From Azolla caroliniana (taxonomy: Eukaryota; Plantae; Polypodiophyta): a stretch of 64,000 nt of DNA. Positions within the stretch are counted from its first letter, which is position 1, and every line of letters starts with the position of its first letter. The translations under genes were made by a program, and so were the position numbers. The notes under the pieces were generated by a model, which searched no databases, was not told where the DNA came from, and saw only the letters and a list, made by a program, of their open reading frames with translations. Shown piece by piece: positions 62,301-64,000 of the stretch. Location of the stretch: positions 5,394,001-5,458,000 of the forward strand of contig JBHGNT010000007.1 in assembly GCA_043228905.1 (NCBI GenBank), in the 5' to 3' direction.

Positions 62301-63562
62301 GCGTACCTCCGAAAGGAAGGAATTCGACGAGAATTCTGATGTCGACACACACCTCAGCAAAACGGGGTAGCCAAACGAAAGAATCGGCACATAGTAGAGG
62401 TAGCAAGGGCCATGATGAACGAGAAGAACCTGATGAAATCGTACTGGGCAGAAGTGGCTAACACAACTATCTATCTCATGAATAGATGTACAACCTCATG
62501 AGAAGTTCATCGGAAAGAAGCCGGATCTATCACATATCTGGATATTTGACTCGGTCAAGTATGTGCATATTCCTGACGAGAAGCGACAAAAGCTCGACCC
62601 GAAGTCGGAGAAATGTATCCTCGTAGGGTACTCACTCGAACAAAAGGGGTACAAATGTTACAATCCTTCTACCCGAAAGGTTCGAGTAAGTCGAGACATC
62701 GTTTTCGACGAGTTGGCATCCTGGTACGACCAGAAACGACTTAGATTTCGACTCCAGTGGACCCGGAATTGACAGAACGAGAGATAGAAGACGGATTTTG
62801 ACTTGGACACATGTTCGAAACAAGTCTGATTACAACAAGGATTAGTGGAACATAGGAGCCCCCGAGTAACCAAAGCATATCTCGGCCGAGTTCGAAACTC
62901 GACAAAGGGAAGGCCAAGATGTCAAAATACAAAGATCCAATCAACAACGAGTCAACTCACTCCCTTGACAGTGAGTTCGAAGGCTTGGACATCCCAATCA
63001 TCCGGACGAATGGAACAAAGAAAGCCTTAGGCTTTGTAAACAAGAAGCTCCGTCGCTCCACCTGAGAGAAAAATCCGGTTAGCCAATTCGGCTACGATGA
63101 GTATATGGCATACCACTATGCCTTTATGATGAAGGTCCTGACTGTCTGAGAACTGGAAACCTTTTCTGAGGCAGCCAAGGATCCGCGATGGATCGAAGCA
63201 ATGAATGAGGAGATGCAGGCATTAAGCAAAAATGAGACATGGGATTTTGTCCCCCATTCTACACACAAGAAAGCGATCAGCCATAGATGGATCTATAAGA
63301 TAAAATATAATGCCAATGGCTTGGTAAATCACTACAAGGCATGACTCTTAGCTAAGGGATACGCTCAAACACACAAAGTCGATTACTAGGAGACCTTTGC
63401 CCCGGTGGCAAAGATGACGACTGTTCAGACAATCATTGCTCTCGTGGCTGCAAAAGGGTGGCACCTCCATCAAATGGATGTAAAGATCGCCTTTCTCCAA
63501 GGCGAATTAGCAGAGGAGGTCTTCATGATTCAACCCCCCGATTTCAAATCGCATAACCACCC
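59338..63562 (+). mobile_element. Decayed Ty1/Copia element (5' LTR, PBS-iMet, gag, PR, IN, start of RT)
   Basis: LTR ends ctttgca at 59657 (its start is approximate); PBS tggtatcagagc 59658-59669. Motifs KLDRTNFASW, WFVNSGASNHMT, LWHKRIGH, CEVCQFGK, FIDDFSR, KLDPKSEKC and LHQMDVK appear in Copia order. Confidence 0.88.
60546..61299 (+). mobile_element. AT-rich insertion in the Copia gag, probably a solo LTR
   Basis: tgtggtgaag...cttcgccgca ends and a TATA-like ctataaaaa. Interrupts the zinc knuckle (..IEC | YYGKLGH..EC). No clean TSD. Confidence 0.5.
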
Positions 63563-64000
63563 TGTTGAGAGATCAAACTAAACTTAGTTTAGTTAGTTAG
63601 TTAACCATGTAACTTCGTAGTTACCTAGATAGAATCTAGTTAGAAGTGTTGACTATAACGCCTTAAATAGGACCTTGTACTTAAGTGGGATATTCTAGAT
63701 CCTCCACTCCCAAGTACATTTAATATAGGACTTACACCCTTGTACCTATATTCTCCTCACACATGTGCACCCTTGCACATGAGATCTATAAATACCTTAT
63801 TGTGGGTATTTTTGTATTTGATGATGCTTTTTAATATAGTTAATCATCCCCCATCTTGTCTTGTTGTTCATAAGTGTTAACTTCCTCTCACACACATATA
63901 CACACATATAACTTAATCTTTCGCTTAACTTAATCACATAATTAGGTACTAATTAAACCGTAGTTAATTACTTAATTCTTAACATGGTATCAGAGCGCGT
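63563..64000 (+). mobile_element. 5' LTR and PBS of another LTR element inserted in the Copia RT
   Basis: tgttgag...cttaaca (63563-63984) followed by PBS tggtatcagagc (63985-63996); continues past the window end. Confidence 0.85.

Overview
Repeat-dense, heterochromatin-like DNA from a land plant, probably a non-seed plant (TTTAGGG telomeric repeats, tRNA-iMet/Trp/Arg primer sites, GT-AG introns, Tcn1-like chromovirus). No ordinary host gene is visible. Most of the window is a nest of decayed LTR retrotransposons: a GC-rich tRNA-Trp-primed Ty3/Gypsy family with autonomous and gag-only members, an Athila/Tat-like Gypsy, a chromovirus, Copia elements, solo LTRs and a LINE fragment. The stand-out feature is a structurally complete 10,559-bp DNA transposon (5112-15670; 25-bp TIRs with GGG termini, 4-bp ATAG TSD). 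It encodes a spliced Sola2-type DDD transposase and a convergent multi-exon accessory gene with a RING-H2 finger and two possible last exons, one an FCP1/NIF-like pseudo-phosphatase. Both genes have ~1-kb introns filled with arrays of the palindrome TAGCTAATTAGCTA. Other notable items are a conserved GGATTTT -1 frameshift site between protease and RT, CpG-centred 4-bp target sites, a self-priming chromovirus with a tRNA-like LTR segment, and telomeric filler at an integrase deletion. Family assignments come from recognised motifs, not database searches.
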